This document shows, piece after piece, positions 9,834 to 18,967 of a DNA stretch of 47,828 nucleotides (position 1 is the stretch's first letter; each line of letters begins with the position of its first letter). The translations under genes and the position numbers were made by a program. Origin of the DNA: Myxococcota bacterium (GTDB lineage Bacteria; Myxococcota; JACRCW01); the NCBI GenBank assembly GCA_040752415.1, contig JBFMGU010000055.1, positions 1-47,828 on the forward strand, written 5' to 3'. A model generated the notes under the pieces. It saw nothing but the letters and a program-made list of their open reading frames with translations, was not told the DNA's origin and made no database searches.

Positions 9834-12398
9834 TCACAGCACCGCGCCGGGATCGACGTCGACGATGAGCCGCGCTTCGCCCTTGGGCCGGACCGGGTCC
9901 CGACGCAACGCGGCCAGCACCTGCGAGCGCGACGCCGCACTGGGCGCCTTGACCAGCACCTGGTAGCGCCAGATGCCCTTGAGCCGCGCCAGGGGTGCGG
10001 GGGCCGGGCCCAACACGCGCGCTTCCGACGCCGCGCCCACCAGCGACTGGCGCAACAACGCCGCCACGTGCTGGGCCAGCTGCACCGCCTCCTCCTCGTG
10101 CGGACTCTCAAAGCGCAGCAGGCACAGGCGGGAGAACGGCGGGTAGCCCAGGTCCTTGCGCACCTGCAGCTCCACCGCGGCAAACCCGCGCACGTCGTGG
10201 CGCGCGGAATAGGTCAGCGCCTCGTGCTCCGGGCAATACGTCTGCACAATCACCAACCCCGGCGCGTCGCCCCGCCCGGCGCGACCGGCCACCTGCGTGA
10301 GGATCTGCACCGTCCGCTCCGCGGCGCGCCAGTCCGGCAGGCGCAGGCTCATGTCCGCCGCCACCACGCCCACCAACGTGACGCCGGGATAGTCGTGTCC
10401 CTTGGCCAGCATCTGCGTGCCGACGAGGACGTCCAGCTTGCGCGCGGCAAACGCCTTCAGCGTGCGCTCCAACGCGCCCTTGGCCTTGACGGCGTCGCGG
10501 TCGAGTCGACCGATGCGCGCGAGGGGAAACTGCGCCGCCACCTCCGCTTCCACGCGCTGCACGCCCAGGCCCAGCGGAAAGAGCGTGGGCGCATGGCAGG
10601 ACGGGCAGGACTCCGGCACCGCCTCGCGGTGGTCGCAGTAGTGGCAGCGCATGAAGCCCGCGGGGCGTTGGGCTTTCTCGTCGAGGACGGTGCGCGGCGC
10701 GTGGTGCGTGAGGGCCACGGCGCAGTTGGGACACTGCAGCGCCAGCCCGCAGTCCGTGCACAACACCGCCGAGGAGTAGCCGCGACGGTTGAGGAAGATG
10801 AGCGCCTGCTCCCCGCGCGCCAGCGTGTCCTTCATGGCGTCCTTGAGGCGCTCGGAGAGGATGGGGACCTTGGAGCCCACGGTGATGGGTTTCTGCTCCG
10901 CCTTTGGTTTCTCGTCGGTACCGTCGTGGCGCTTGCGTCGCAGGTCCACCAGCTCCACGCGCGGCAGCGGCCGGTTCGAGGGTCGCTCATCCAGGCGCAG
11001 CTCCCGCAGACGCCCGGTGCGCACGCCGTGCACGCTCTCCAGCGACGGCGTGGCGCTGCCCAGCACGCACGGCGCCCCGGCGGCCTTGGCGCGGTAGAGC
11101 GCGAGGTCGCGGCCCTGGTAGCGCGGGGACTCGTCCTGCTTGAAGGAGCCGTCGTGCTCCTCGTCGACGACGACCAGCCCCAGGTTCCACAGCGGCGCGA
11201 ACACCGCGGAGCGCGCCCCCAGCACGGCACCCACGCGTCCATGTCGTGCAGCGTCGTAGGCCGCGCGCCGCTCCGACTGGCTCAGCCCGGAGTGCAGGAT
11301 GGCCACCCCGCCGGGAACCCGGCCCCGGAAGCGCGCGGCGAGAGCGGGCGTGAGCGCAATCTCCGGCACCAGCACCAACGCGGTGCGACCCAGCGCGCGC
11401 ACGTGCGCAATGGCCCGCAGGTACACCTCGGTCTTGCCGCTGCCGGTGACGCCCTGCAGGAGGAACGCACGGAAGGTGCGCTCATCCATGGCCGCGCGGA
11501 TCTGCGCAATGGCGCTGCGCTGGGCGCCGGTGAGCTGGCTCTCGTCGGGAGCGGCGGGGCTGGGGAAGCTGGCGTAGGGATCCTGCAGCGTGGCCGCGCG
11601 CTCCTCCTTGCGCACGCGCCCCAGTGTCTCCAACCGCTGCAGGTGCCGCGCGGCCTGGGGAAAGCGCGCATTCAGGTCCGCCTGCGACGTGGCACCGTTG
11701 GCGCGCAGGAACGCATCCACCGCCACCAGGGCCTTGGCGCGCGCGGGCACGGGTGAGCTCGTCTCCGGCACCGGGTGCCAGAACACCTCCACCGGCGCGC
11801 GACCTCGACCGGTGACCTCCTTCTCGTCGGCCACCAGGCCCTTGGCGGCCAGTCGGGCCATGCGCCCCGGCGACACCTTGAGCGCATGGTGCAGCGCCAG
11901 CGCGGTGCGCGGCTTGTCCTCCAGCATCTGCAACACCGCGGTGTCGGCGGGCTGCAGGCCGGTGACGTCGGGAGAATGCAGCGCCATCCGCCCGGCGATG
12001 GTGATGCGCCACTGTCGCACGCTGCGCGGCGCCAACCCCGGCGGCAACGCGGCACGCGCCACCTCACCGACGGGAGCGAGGTAGTAGTCCGCGCAGAAGC
12101 GCACGGTGTCCATCAGGTCCGGGCTCCACAGCGGCTCACTGTCCAGGATCTCGCTGATGGGCTTGAGACCGTCGGTGTCCGAGGGCGGCGCGCGCTCCGG
12201 GAGCACCACGCCGGTGACTTCCCGGTTCCCCAGCGGACAGAGCACGCGTGTTCCCGGCGGCGGCGGGGTCCAACCCTCCGGCACGCGGTAGCTGAGCGGA
12301 TGATGGATGGGCGCCAGCACCGCCACCGTGACGACGGAGCCAGCCGGTTTCTCGTCGGGCGCAAACAGGAGGGTCTGGGTGCTGCTCAGCTCGGCCAC
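9834..12398 (-). CDS. priA: Primosomal protein N' (replication restart helicase)
   Basis: GVTGSGKTEVY, LVPEIALT, DEEH, GSATPSLES, NRRGY, four CxxC motifs, GTQMLAKG, QVAGRAGR, YPPF and DVDP. Confidence 0.97.
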   Translation of the reverse strand: MAELSSTQTLLFAPDEKPAGSVVTVAVLAPIHHPLSYRVPEGWTPPPPGTRVLCPLGNREVTGVVLPERAPPSDTDGLKPISEILDSEPLWSPDLMDTVRFCADYYLAPVGEVARAALPPGLAPRSVRQWRITIAGRMALHSPDVTGLQPADTAVLQMLEDKPRTALALHHALKVSPGRMARLAAKGLVADEKEVTGRGRAPVEVFWHPVPETSSPVPARAKALVAVDAFLRANGATSQADLNARFPQAARHLQRLETLGRVRKEERAATLQDPYASFPSPAAPDESQLTGAQRSAIAQIRAAMDERTFRAFLLQGVTGSGKTEVYLRAIAHVRALGRTALVLVPEIALTPALAARFRGRVPGGVAILHSGLSQSERRAAYDAARHGRVGAVLGARSAVFAPLWNLGLVVVDEEHDGSFKQDESPRYQGRDLALYRAKAAGAPCVLGSATPSLESVHGVRTGRLRELRLDERPSNRPLPRVELVDLRRKRHDGTDEKPKAEQKPITVGSKVPILSERLKDAMKDTLARGEQALIFLNRRGYSSAVLCTDCGLALQCPNCAVALTHHAPRTVLDEKAQRPAGFMRCHYCDHREAVPESCPSCHAPTLFPLGLGVQRVEAEVAAQFPLARIGRLDRDAVKAKGALERTLKAFAARKLDVLVGTQMLAKGHDYPGVTLVGVVAADMSLRLPDWRAAERTVQILTQVAGRAGRGDAPGLVIVQTYCPEHEALTYSARHDVRGFAAVELQVRKDLGYPPFSRLCLLRFESPHEEEAVQLAQHVAALLRQSLVGAASEARVLGPAPAPLARLKGIWRYQVLVKAPSAASRSQVLAALRRDPVRPKGEARLIVDVDPGAVL

Positions 12399-12766
12399 GG
12401 GCGCAACCTAGCGCAAACTGGAGCGGGGTGAAGTTCTCCCGCCGCCCGAGGCAACCCTTGACCCCGTGCGCGCGGCCCAGCCGCGGTGGCGCGTCTCGCC
12501 AACGTTGCGATGTTGAGCCTTGATGGACGAACCGCCGCATGCGCCACGGGGGCGGGAAGCACGGCCCGGGCTCCGTCACGCCGCCGCCCATGCACCGGGG
12601 CCGGCGGGACCAGGCGTTCGCTCCGCAAGTCCGCGAATGGACTATGGTTACGCTATCCTCTGACGAAGTTTGGACGTCGGGCTATCCTCCGTCACCGATC
12701 CTGGATAGAGTGAAGTCCATACCCCTGAATAGAGCGGGTTTCGCGACCACTCTAACGGACAATCCC

Positions 12767-15700
12767 ATGAACTTGCGGCTTGCGCTGTCGCTGGCACTTC
12801 CCATCCTCGTCCTCCCGGTATTGGGATGCACCGCCACCGGGGGCTCGCAGGGCAACGGCTCCTCCTCGGGTGCGGCAACCTCCGGCGGCACCGGCTCCAC
12901 TGGCGGTGGCTCATCCAGCGGCTCGGGGAGTGGCTCCACATCAGGGACATCCTCCGGGGCCTCCACGTCCGGCACATCCTCGTCGGGAACGTCCACGGCG
13001 GGATCATCTTCGTCGGCGTCATCCAGTGCCACGTCGTCCAGCTCGTCCTCCTCGTCCGGCACCGTGGTCGACCAGGGCACCGCGGAGGTCACTGCGGCCG
13101 AGGGAGGCACCATCACTTCCGACGACGGCATGGAGCTGACGGTTCCTCCCCAGGCGGTCTCCAGCGACACCAGCCTCTCCGTCACCGTCATCGAGCGGGA
13201 CGTTCCCGGACTGGAGACCGCGTCGCCGGTCTACGAGTTTGGGCCCGCGGGTCTGACCTTTGCCCAGCCCGTGCGGGTCTCCATCCCCACCAACGCGGGA
13301 GAAGGCTTTGTGGTGTGGTGGACCCGGCCCGGCAGCGACACCGAGTTCGAGCCGGTCCCCACCATCAGCGGCAACGGTTTCAAGGCCGCATTCGTCACGC
13401 ATTTCTCCTATGGCGTGGTGGCCGCTGACGCCGACCCGGCCTGCGACAACGTGACCTGCCCCGCCCAACCGCCCTCCTGCGACGGCAACCGCCTCAACGC
13501 CACCGGGGAGGGGACCTGCGTGGCGGGCCAGTGCCAGTATCCCGACCTGAGCACGGAGTGCCTGCAGAACAACCTCTACGGCGGCCAGGGATGCGTGGCG
13601 GACACGTGCGCCGTGGCGTGCGCGTCCGCCGTCGACGACCAGGGCAACGCGCTGCCCATGGTGGGAGACTGCGACGGAATCTCCCAGAACGGCTGCGAGG
13701 CCCGGCTGGACCGCGAGGAGTTCCATTGCGGCGCCTGCAACAACCGCTGCAACGCCACGGAAGAGTGCATCAACGGGGTGTGCACCGGCCGCGCCGCCTG
13801 CGGGCTTGCCGCGGAGGGCTGCGTGTACCCCTGTCTGCAAGGAGGCGGTTCGGTGGCGTCGTGCTTTGACCAGTGCTCGGGTTCGCTCACGGGGAATGAC
13901 CTCCAGAACGCCCAGGACCTGCGCGCGTGCATCGACGCGGTGTGCGGCCTCAATCCCGACCTGCAGTGCATCAGCGGTGCCACGTTCATCGAGTGCGACG
14001 TCATCTACGAAGACTGCGAGAACGGCACCACCAACCATGAATGCGTGCCCGTCCGCGACGACGCGTTGTGTGCCTCCACGCACTGCGACGGAAGCACCTG
14101 CGGCGACGGCGGGCTGTGCGTGGAGCCGCCGCCTTCCGGCTGCGCGGATACGCAGGGGGAATGCGCCGCTCGCGTGGCCGAGCCCTCCTTCCGCACCTGC
14201 ATCGAGGACGTCATGGCCAACGGTACAGGGTCCGCGAACCCGTGTTGTGAAGGGCTCACGGAAATCCCCGGCGACCTGAATGAGTGCCAGGCGCTCCAGG
14301 ACTGCCTCCTCCGCGACCTCCCGGCAGATTGCTCCGCCGACGTGGCGGGTTGCTACGACACGCAGTGGAACGCCTGTCGCGTCCCGGTTGCGCTCTGCGA
14401 GGCGACTCCCGGCGTGTGCGTGCGCGGTGTCCACTTTGGCGTGACCAGCGCGGGGTTCCTGCTCACCCCGGAGGACGTGGCCGACTTCAACGCCAACTGC
14501 CAGTCCGTCGTCGGGAAGGTCGGGGTGGGCGGCCCCAGCGCCACCATCACCGCGCTGGACCTCAGCGTGCCGGTGATCGACGAGCTGGAGATCGACAACC
14601 TCGCCACGCTCACCGCCAACAGCACCATCCGCATCCGCGGCCAGGTGCGCAGTCTCAGCGTCTACCGGGTGGACAACCTGGCCACGTTGCAGCTCGACGC
14701 CACCTCGGGCCTGGAGGAGCTCTCGGTGATCAACTCGGGTGAGCCGGGATTCCAGGTCGTGGCGCCCGACCTTGTCAGTGAGCTGGCTTCGCTGCAGCTC
14801 CGCTCGACGGGCATCACGGCCTTCAGCGCCCCCGGATTGACGGCGGCCCCGGGCGGCTCCATCCACATTGAAAGCAACGCCAACCTCTGTCCCGAGGTGG
14901 TGGCGGAGCTCGCGGCGCAGTTCCCGGGCGCGTTCCTCAACGGCAACGGCACCGACCCCAGCTGCCCACCTCCGCAGTGCGGCAACGGCGCCACCGAGTA
15001 CCCGGAGGTCTGTGACGACGGAAATCAAGATGAAACGGATGCCTGCCTGCAGAGCTGCACCGCCAATCCCTGCCTGGGCAACAAGACGGTGGTGACCGGC
15101 TTCGAGCCCAGCTCTTACCCCCACCTCTCCACGCTCTCGGCTTGCGCGGTGGTGGATGGAAACGTGACGGTGTACCCCAACACCAGCGAGACGTTCACGC
15201 TCGGCGTCGACGTGACGGGGACCCTGCGCATTGACGGCAGCCAGTATCCGCAGGTTTTGGGGTACGCCGTGGTGGTGGAGGGCGTCGACGCCGACCGCAT
15301 CGAGTTCGTGAACTTCCTTGGAAGCATCTCGCAACTGCAGGGCTCGGCAAACACGCTGGCGATCATCAACGCGCCCACGTTGAGCAACGTGTACGCCAGC
15401 GGCTTCACCGCCAGCGCCGTGGAGCTGGTGGACCTGCCGCGCTTCTGTCAGGGCCAGGTGAACGCGCTGCTCACTGCGCTGGGGCTGACGGAGAATGACG
15501 CCACCATCACCAACGTGGGCACCGACGCGTCCTGTCCGGTGGACTGCCCCACCACCACGGTGACCAGCCAGGCGGAGCTGAATGCGCTGTCCCAGACCTG
15601 TTTCCGCATTGTCGGAGATCTGACCGCGGTGGGCGTTTCCTCCGCGTCGGCGCCCGTGCCGGTGACCGGTGTGTTCACGGTGGATGGCCTGACCGGCACC

Positions 15701-16057
15701 TTTGTGTCCGGCGACGTGGGTGGTCTCCGCGTGCTCAACTCCCCCAATCTCACCTTCGTGCGCGTCGAGTCCGACTCGCTGACCATCTTCGAGCTCGACA
15801 CGGTGGCCACGCAGTCCGGGTCCATGAGCTTCTCCCTGGCGCCCACCCACTACGACACGATCATCCTGCGCAACACCGGCGCGACGAATGTGGGTGGCTT
15901 CGCGGACTCGTTCACCGCGGGCGCGTTCACCATCGAGGACAACGCGCGGCTGTGCGACCCGGAGATTGACGCGCTGTTGGCCAAGGCCAGCTTCCCGCGC
16001 GCCTCCGCCACCATCTCCAACAACAGCACCGACGCGAGCTGCCAGGTCAATCCGTAA
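12767..16057 (+). CDS. Large lipoprotein: poly-Ser tether, ZU5-like domain (HFS), Cys-rich repeats, three receptor-L-like modules, DUF4215-like repeat
   Basis: Signal peptide MNLRLALSLALPILVLPVLG-C, GG.I....VPP.A..SPVYEFGP.G..F..PV..THFS, CGNG..EVCDDGN, and three C..V.G..N..LC modules. The ORF track start at 12539 is probably an over-extension. Confidence 0.85.
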   Translation: MNLRLALSLALPILVLPVLGCTATGGSQGNGSSSGAATSGGTGSTGGGSSSGSGSGSTSGTSSGASTSGTSSSGTSTAGSSSSASSSATSSSSSSSSGTVVDQGTAEVTAAEGGTITSDDGMELTVPPQAVSSDTSLSVTVIERDVPGLETASPVYEFGPAGLTFAQPVRVSIPTNAGEGFVVWWTRPGSDTEFEPVPTISGNGFKAAFVTHFSYGVVAADADPACDNVTCPAQPPSCDGNRLNATGEGTCVAGQCQYPDLSTECLQNNLYGGQGCVADTCAVACASAVDDQGNALPMVGDCDGISQNGCEARLDREEFHCGACNNRCNATEECINGVCTGRAACGLAAEGCVYPCLQGGGSVASCFDQCSGSLTGNDLQNAQDLRACIDAVCGLNPDLQCISGATFIECDVIYEDCENGTTNHECVPVRDDALCASTHCDGSTCGDGGLCVEPPPSGCADTQGECAARVAEPSFRTCIEDVMANGTGSANPCCEGLTEIPGDLNECQALQDCLLRDLPADCSADVAGCYDTQWNACRVPVALCEATPGVCVRGVHFGVTSAGFLLTPEDVADFNANCQSVVGKVGVGGPSATITALDLSVPVIDELEIDNLATLTANSTIRIRGQVRSLSVYRVDNLATLQLDATSGLEELSVINSGEPGFQVVAPDLVSELASLQLRSTGITAFSAPGLTAAPGGSIHIESNANLCPEVVAELAAQFPGAFLNGNGTDPSCPPPQCGNGATEYPEVCDDGNQDETDACLQSCTANPCLGNKTVVTGFEPSSYPHLSTLSACAVVDGNVTVYPNTSETFTLGVDVTGTLRIDGSQYPQVLGYAVVVEGVDADRIEFVNFLGSISQLQGSANTLAIINAPTLSNVYASGFTASAVELVDLPRFCQGQVNALLTALGLTENDATITNVGTDASCPVDCPTTTVTSQAELNALSQTCFRIVGDLTAVGVSSASAPVPVTGVFTVDGLTGTFVSGDVGGLRVLNSPNLTFVRVESDSLTIFELDTVATQSGSMSFSLAPTHYDTIILRNTGATNVGGFADSFTAGAFTIEDNARLCDPEIDALLAKASFPRASATISNNSTDASCQVNP

Positions 16058-16223
16058 CCCACGGGGCGCCCCCGACCCGACGCAGCGGGGACGGAGCTGC
16101 GGGAAGCGTTCGAGGCGTGCTGCAACATCGCGCTCCACGTGCGTGGCCACGTGGTCTCCTGCGAGCCGCGCGGGGGCGACGCATGGTCCTGCGAATGCGG
16201 GGCACCGACGGAGGCGACTAATA

Positions 16224-16634
16224 CTATCTGGTCACCTGACGTCGTCACCGGAGTGTCCCCGGAGCAGTCACGCTGGTGGTATCCAGCCGGTATCCACGGC
16301 GTGAGACGACGCCGCAGCCGTAGGGGCTAATTAGGCATTCCAAGTCGTGGCGGCGACGAGAGCGGACGGAAATGCCTCGCCCGGGGCCGACGGATCCACG
16401 CCGTCAACCCCAACGTCACCCATGCAAGCGGGGGTGTGTGCTGAGCATCCTTCTTGGACACGTTGGGTCACCCGAGGAAGATTCGTGGCCCCGGGCTAAG
16501 CATTTCCTTCCGCTTTGGCCGCTATCACGACGTGGAAATGCCTGGCCCCTACGGCTGCGGCGCCGGCTCACGCCCTGGATACTGGCGCGAGTCCTCCCCT
16601 GCCCTTGCCGTGACGACGTCAGGTGACCAGGTAG
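16224..16634. mobile_element. Palindromic REPIN/MITE-like non-coding element, copy 1
   Basis: 25-bp terminal inverted repeats at 16224-16248 and 16610-16634 (1 mismatch). Two inward-facing GTAGGGGC hairpins at about 16320 and 16552. A homologous inverted copy lies at about 42414-42767. Confidence 0.75.
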
Positions 16635-17069
16635 CTACCAACGCTCCGCAAACCACTGCGGGGCCAGGTGACACGCCGCCACCAACGCCGTGGTGACGCA
16701 CAACATGCTGAGCAGGATGGGCAACGCCACCCGACGCTGCGACACGTTCGCGTAGCGCATGAACGCCATCACCATCCACGGGCCCACCACCGGCGCCAAC
16801 GTGAAGGTGGCCCAGAACGCACCTCCCGAAGCCATCAGCCGCTCGATGCGCGCATTGCGTCGTCGCCGCAGCACCCCCTGGAACCAGGGCCAGCGCTCCA
16901 GGCGGCTCCACGCCACGTCGACGACGATCACCTGCACGTACGAGAGCAGCGGCCCCAACAGCAGCAGGACCCACGCCGGGTATCCCAACTGGAAGACCGC
17001 CAGCGGCACGGCCACCACCAGCCCGCCCACCGGGCTCACCGCCAACGTCACGAAGGCCAGGTCCAACAT
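16635..17069 (-). CDS. Small membrane protein, resembling the small multidrug export (COG2426-like) family
   Basis: Four hydrophobic segments, with SPVGG..VAVPLA and APVVGPW patterns. Confidence 0.6.
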   Translation of the reverse strand: MLDLAFVTLAVSPVGGLVVAVPLAVFQLGYPAWVLLLLGPLLSYVQVIVVDVAWSRLERWPWFQGVLRRRRNARIERLMASGGAFWATFTLAPVVGPWMVMAFMRYANVSQRRVALPILLSMLCVTTALVAACHLAPQWFAERW

Positions 17070-17132
17070 CGTTCCCGCGGAATGGAATTGAACGGACCGG
17101 CTGTCAAGACCCGGTTCCCAGGCCGTCTGCGC

Positions 17133-17717
17133 TCAGGGATGGAGCTTCTCACCCCGCGCCAGCATCGCCACGAACTCAGCGATGCGCTTCGCCCGCGTTT
17201 CGGCCTTCTTCGCCGTCTGGATGCGGTAGAGGATGGCGTAGCGGTTCCGACTGTTCAGCGTGGCAAAGAACGCCTTGGCCTTGGAGTTCTCGTCGAAGGC
17301 CGCCCGCAGGTCTTCCGGCACCGCGGCACTCCTGGGCGAGTCGTACGCCGCGTCCCAGCGACCATCTGCCTTGGCTTTCTCCACCGCCGCCAGCCCCGCG
17401 GGCTCCATGTCCCCTGAGGCGATGAGCGCCAGCGCCTTCTCGCGGTTCACCTTGGACCAGATGCTCCGCGGCCCGCGCGGCGTGAACTTCTGCAACCACG
17501 TGGCCTCGTCGTGACTCTTCTTCTGTCCGTCGATCCAGCCGTAACTGAGCGCCACCTCCAGCGCCTCGGCGTACGTCACCGACTTCTCCGCCGACGAGGT
17601 CCGCGCGAGCTGCAACCACAGACCGCTGGAGGCCTGGTGGTTCTTGGCCAACCACGCGGCCCACGCACGCTTGGAGTGGAAACCGAGGATCAGCGTGTCC
17701 GTCTTCTTCGTCGCCAT
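17133..17717 (-). CDS. YdeI/OmpD-associated family protein
   Basis: W..WL..NH, EALEVALSYGWIDG, FTPR..RSIWSKVN, VPEDL and AKKAETRAKR. Confidence 0.92.
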   Translation of the reverse strand: MATKKTDTLILGFHSKRAWAAWLAKNHQASSGLWLQLARTSSAEKSVTYAEALEVALSYGWIDGQKKSHDEATWLQKFTPRGPRSIWSKVNREKALALIASGDMEPAGLAAVEKAKADGRWDAAYDSPRSAAVPEDLRAAFDENSKAKAFFATLNSRNRYAILYRIQTAKKAETRAKRIAEFVAMLARGEKLHP

Positions 17718-17722
17718 CCGCC

Positions 17723-18880
17723 TTACTCCTGTGCCACCACGTTGCTCAGCCGCTTCAGTCCTTCGTCAAACACGGCTTCCGGCGTCAGCAGACTCACCAC
17801 GATCACCGCGTCCAGCTGGAAGTCGAAGAAATACCCGGGATGCACGTGCACGCCTTCCTGTTGCAGCAACAGGAGCGCCCATTCCGCGTCGGTGCGGGTG
17901 CGGGGGAGACGGATGGGCGCGCTCCAACCGCCCTCCACGCGCATCACGCTGGCCGGGCTGTCCCGCAGCGCCGCACGCAACGTGGCCAGGTTCCGACGAC
18001 ACCGCTCACGGATGGCATCGCGCGTGCTGGTCGATGCGCGCAGGAGCGCGGGCAGGCCCACCTGCACCGGAGTGGCCGTCGAGAGGAAGCTGTCCGCCAT
18101 CAGCTCCAGTCGACTGAGCGCGTCGTCGACCAGGGGTTGCGGCCCACCCACCGCCGTCCATGCCAGCTTCACCTGCGGGAGCCCCGCCTGCTTGCTGAGC
18201 CCGCCCAGCGCAAACACCAACGTGCCCTGCTCCTCCAGCACGGTGCGCATGCACGTGTCGTCGGATTCCAGCGGGTAGGCGCTGAAGACCTCGTCGCTGA
18301 CAATGGGAAGGCCCAAGCTGGCCAGCGCGTGCAGCTCCGCGCGCTTGAGATGGCTGCCGGTAGGGTTGTTGGGGCTCACCACCAGCACCGCGCGCGTGCG
18401 CTCCGTCCGACGAGAACGCAGCTCTTCCATGTCCAGGTGCCAGGTGCCGTCGTAGCGCAGGTGATACGGGATGAGCCGCACACCCTCGTAGGTGGCCAGG
18501 TGCTCGAAGAGCGGATAGCTCGGCGCGGGGATGAGCACGTCGTCACCCGCGTCGCAGAGGAGCGTGAAGAGGTAGGAATAGGCCTCGCTCGTGCTCGCGG
18601 TCAGCAGGATGCGCGCCGGGTCCACGGTCACGCCGTCGTCGAGATACAGGCGCGCCACCGCCTCCCGCGCGCTGCGCAGCCCAAACGGGTCGGGCTGGTA
18701 GCTGAGCGCCTCCGGCTGCGCGAGCGCGGCGAGGACCTCGTCGGCACGGTAGGGGATGCCGGCTTGCGTGGGATTGGAGACCGTCAGGTCCAGGACCGGC
18801 GCACCCGCATCCCGACGTTGCTCCAGGGCGAGCGCGAGCGGATTGGGTGTGGCGTCGTAGTGGCTGCGACGGGAGAACAC
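17723..18880 (-). CDS. PLP-dependent aminotransferase class I/II
   Basis: DLTVSNPT, TASTSEAY, PSYPLF, PNNPTG, SDEVF and GLSK (PLP lysine). Likely GTG start at 18880; the ORF track's upstream extension is antisense to the P450. Confidence 0.92.
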   Translation of the reverse strand: MFSRRSHYDATPNPLALALEQRRDAGAPVLDLTVSNPTQAGIPYRADEVLAALAQPEALSYQPDPFGLRSAREAVARLYLDDGVTVDPARILLTASTSEAYSYLFTLLCDAGDDVLIPAPSYPLFEHLATYEGVRLIPYHLRYDGTWHLDMEELRSRRTERTRAVLVVSPNNPTGSHLKRAELHALASLGLPIVSDEVFSAYPLESDDTCMRTVLEEQGTLVFALGGLSKQAGLPQVKLAWTAVGGPQPLVDDALSRLELMADSFLSTATPVQVGLPALLRASTSTRDAIRERCRRNLATLRAALRDSPASVMRVEGGWSAPIRLPRTRTDAEWALLLLQQEGVHVHPGYFFDFQLDAVIVVSLLTPEAVFDEGLKRLSNVVAQE

Positions 18881-18967
18881 GCACCGGGGTATCCCCCGAC
18901 TTCCGCGCACCGCGCAATCCGACGCGCGCGTGGTAGACAGGCCGCGGTGTGATGACGGAGTGAGACC

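Noticed and set aside
12616..12740. 6S RNA or a known riboswitch
   Set aside because: A bubble-containing hairpin is present, but I recognised no diagnostic sequence or usual synteny. Kept only as an unnamed candidate.
16372..16696. Small duplicated ORFs (e.g. ISFRFGRYHDVEMP, also at 42373-42627)
   Set aside because: The similarity comes from the repeated palindromic element, and reading frames are not conserved between the copies.
17079..17107. Sigma70 promoter TTGACA-N17-CATTCC for the 17069 gene
   Set aside because: The -35 is good but the -10 is too weak to call.
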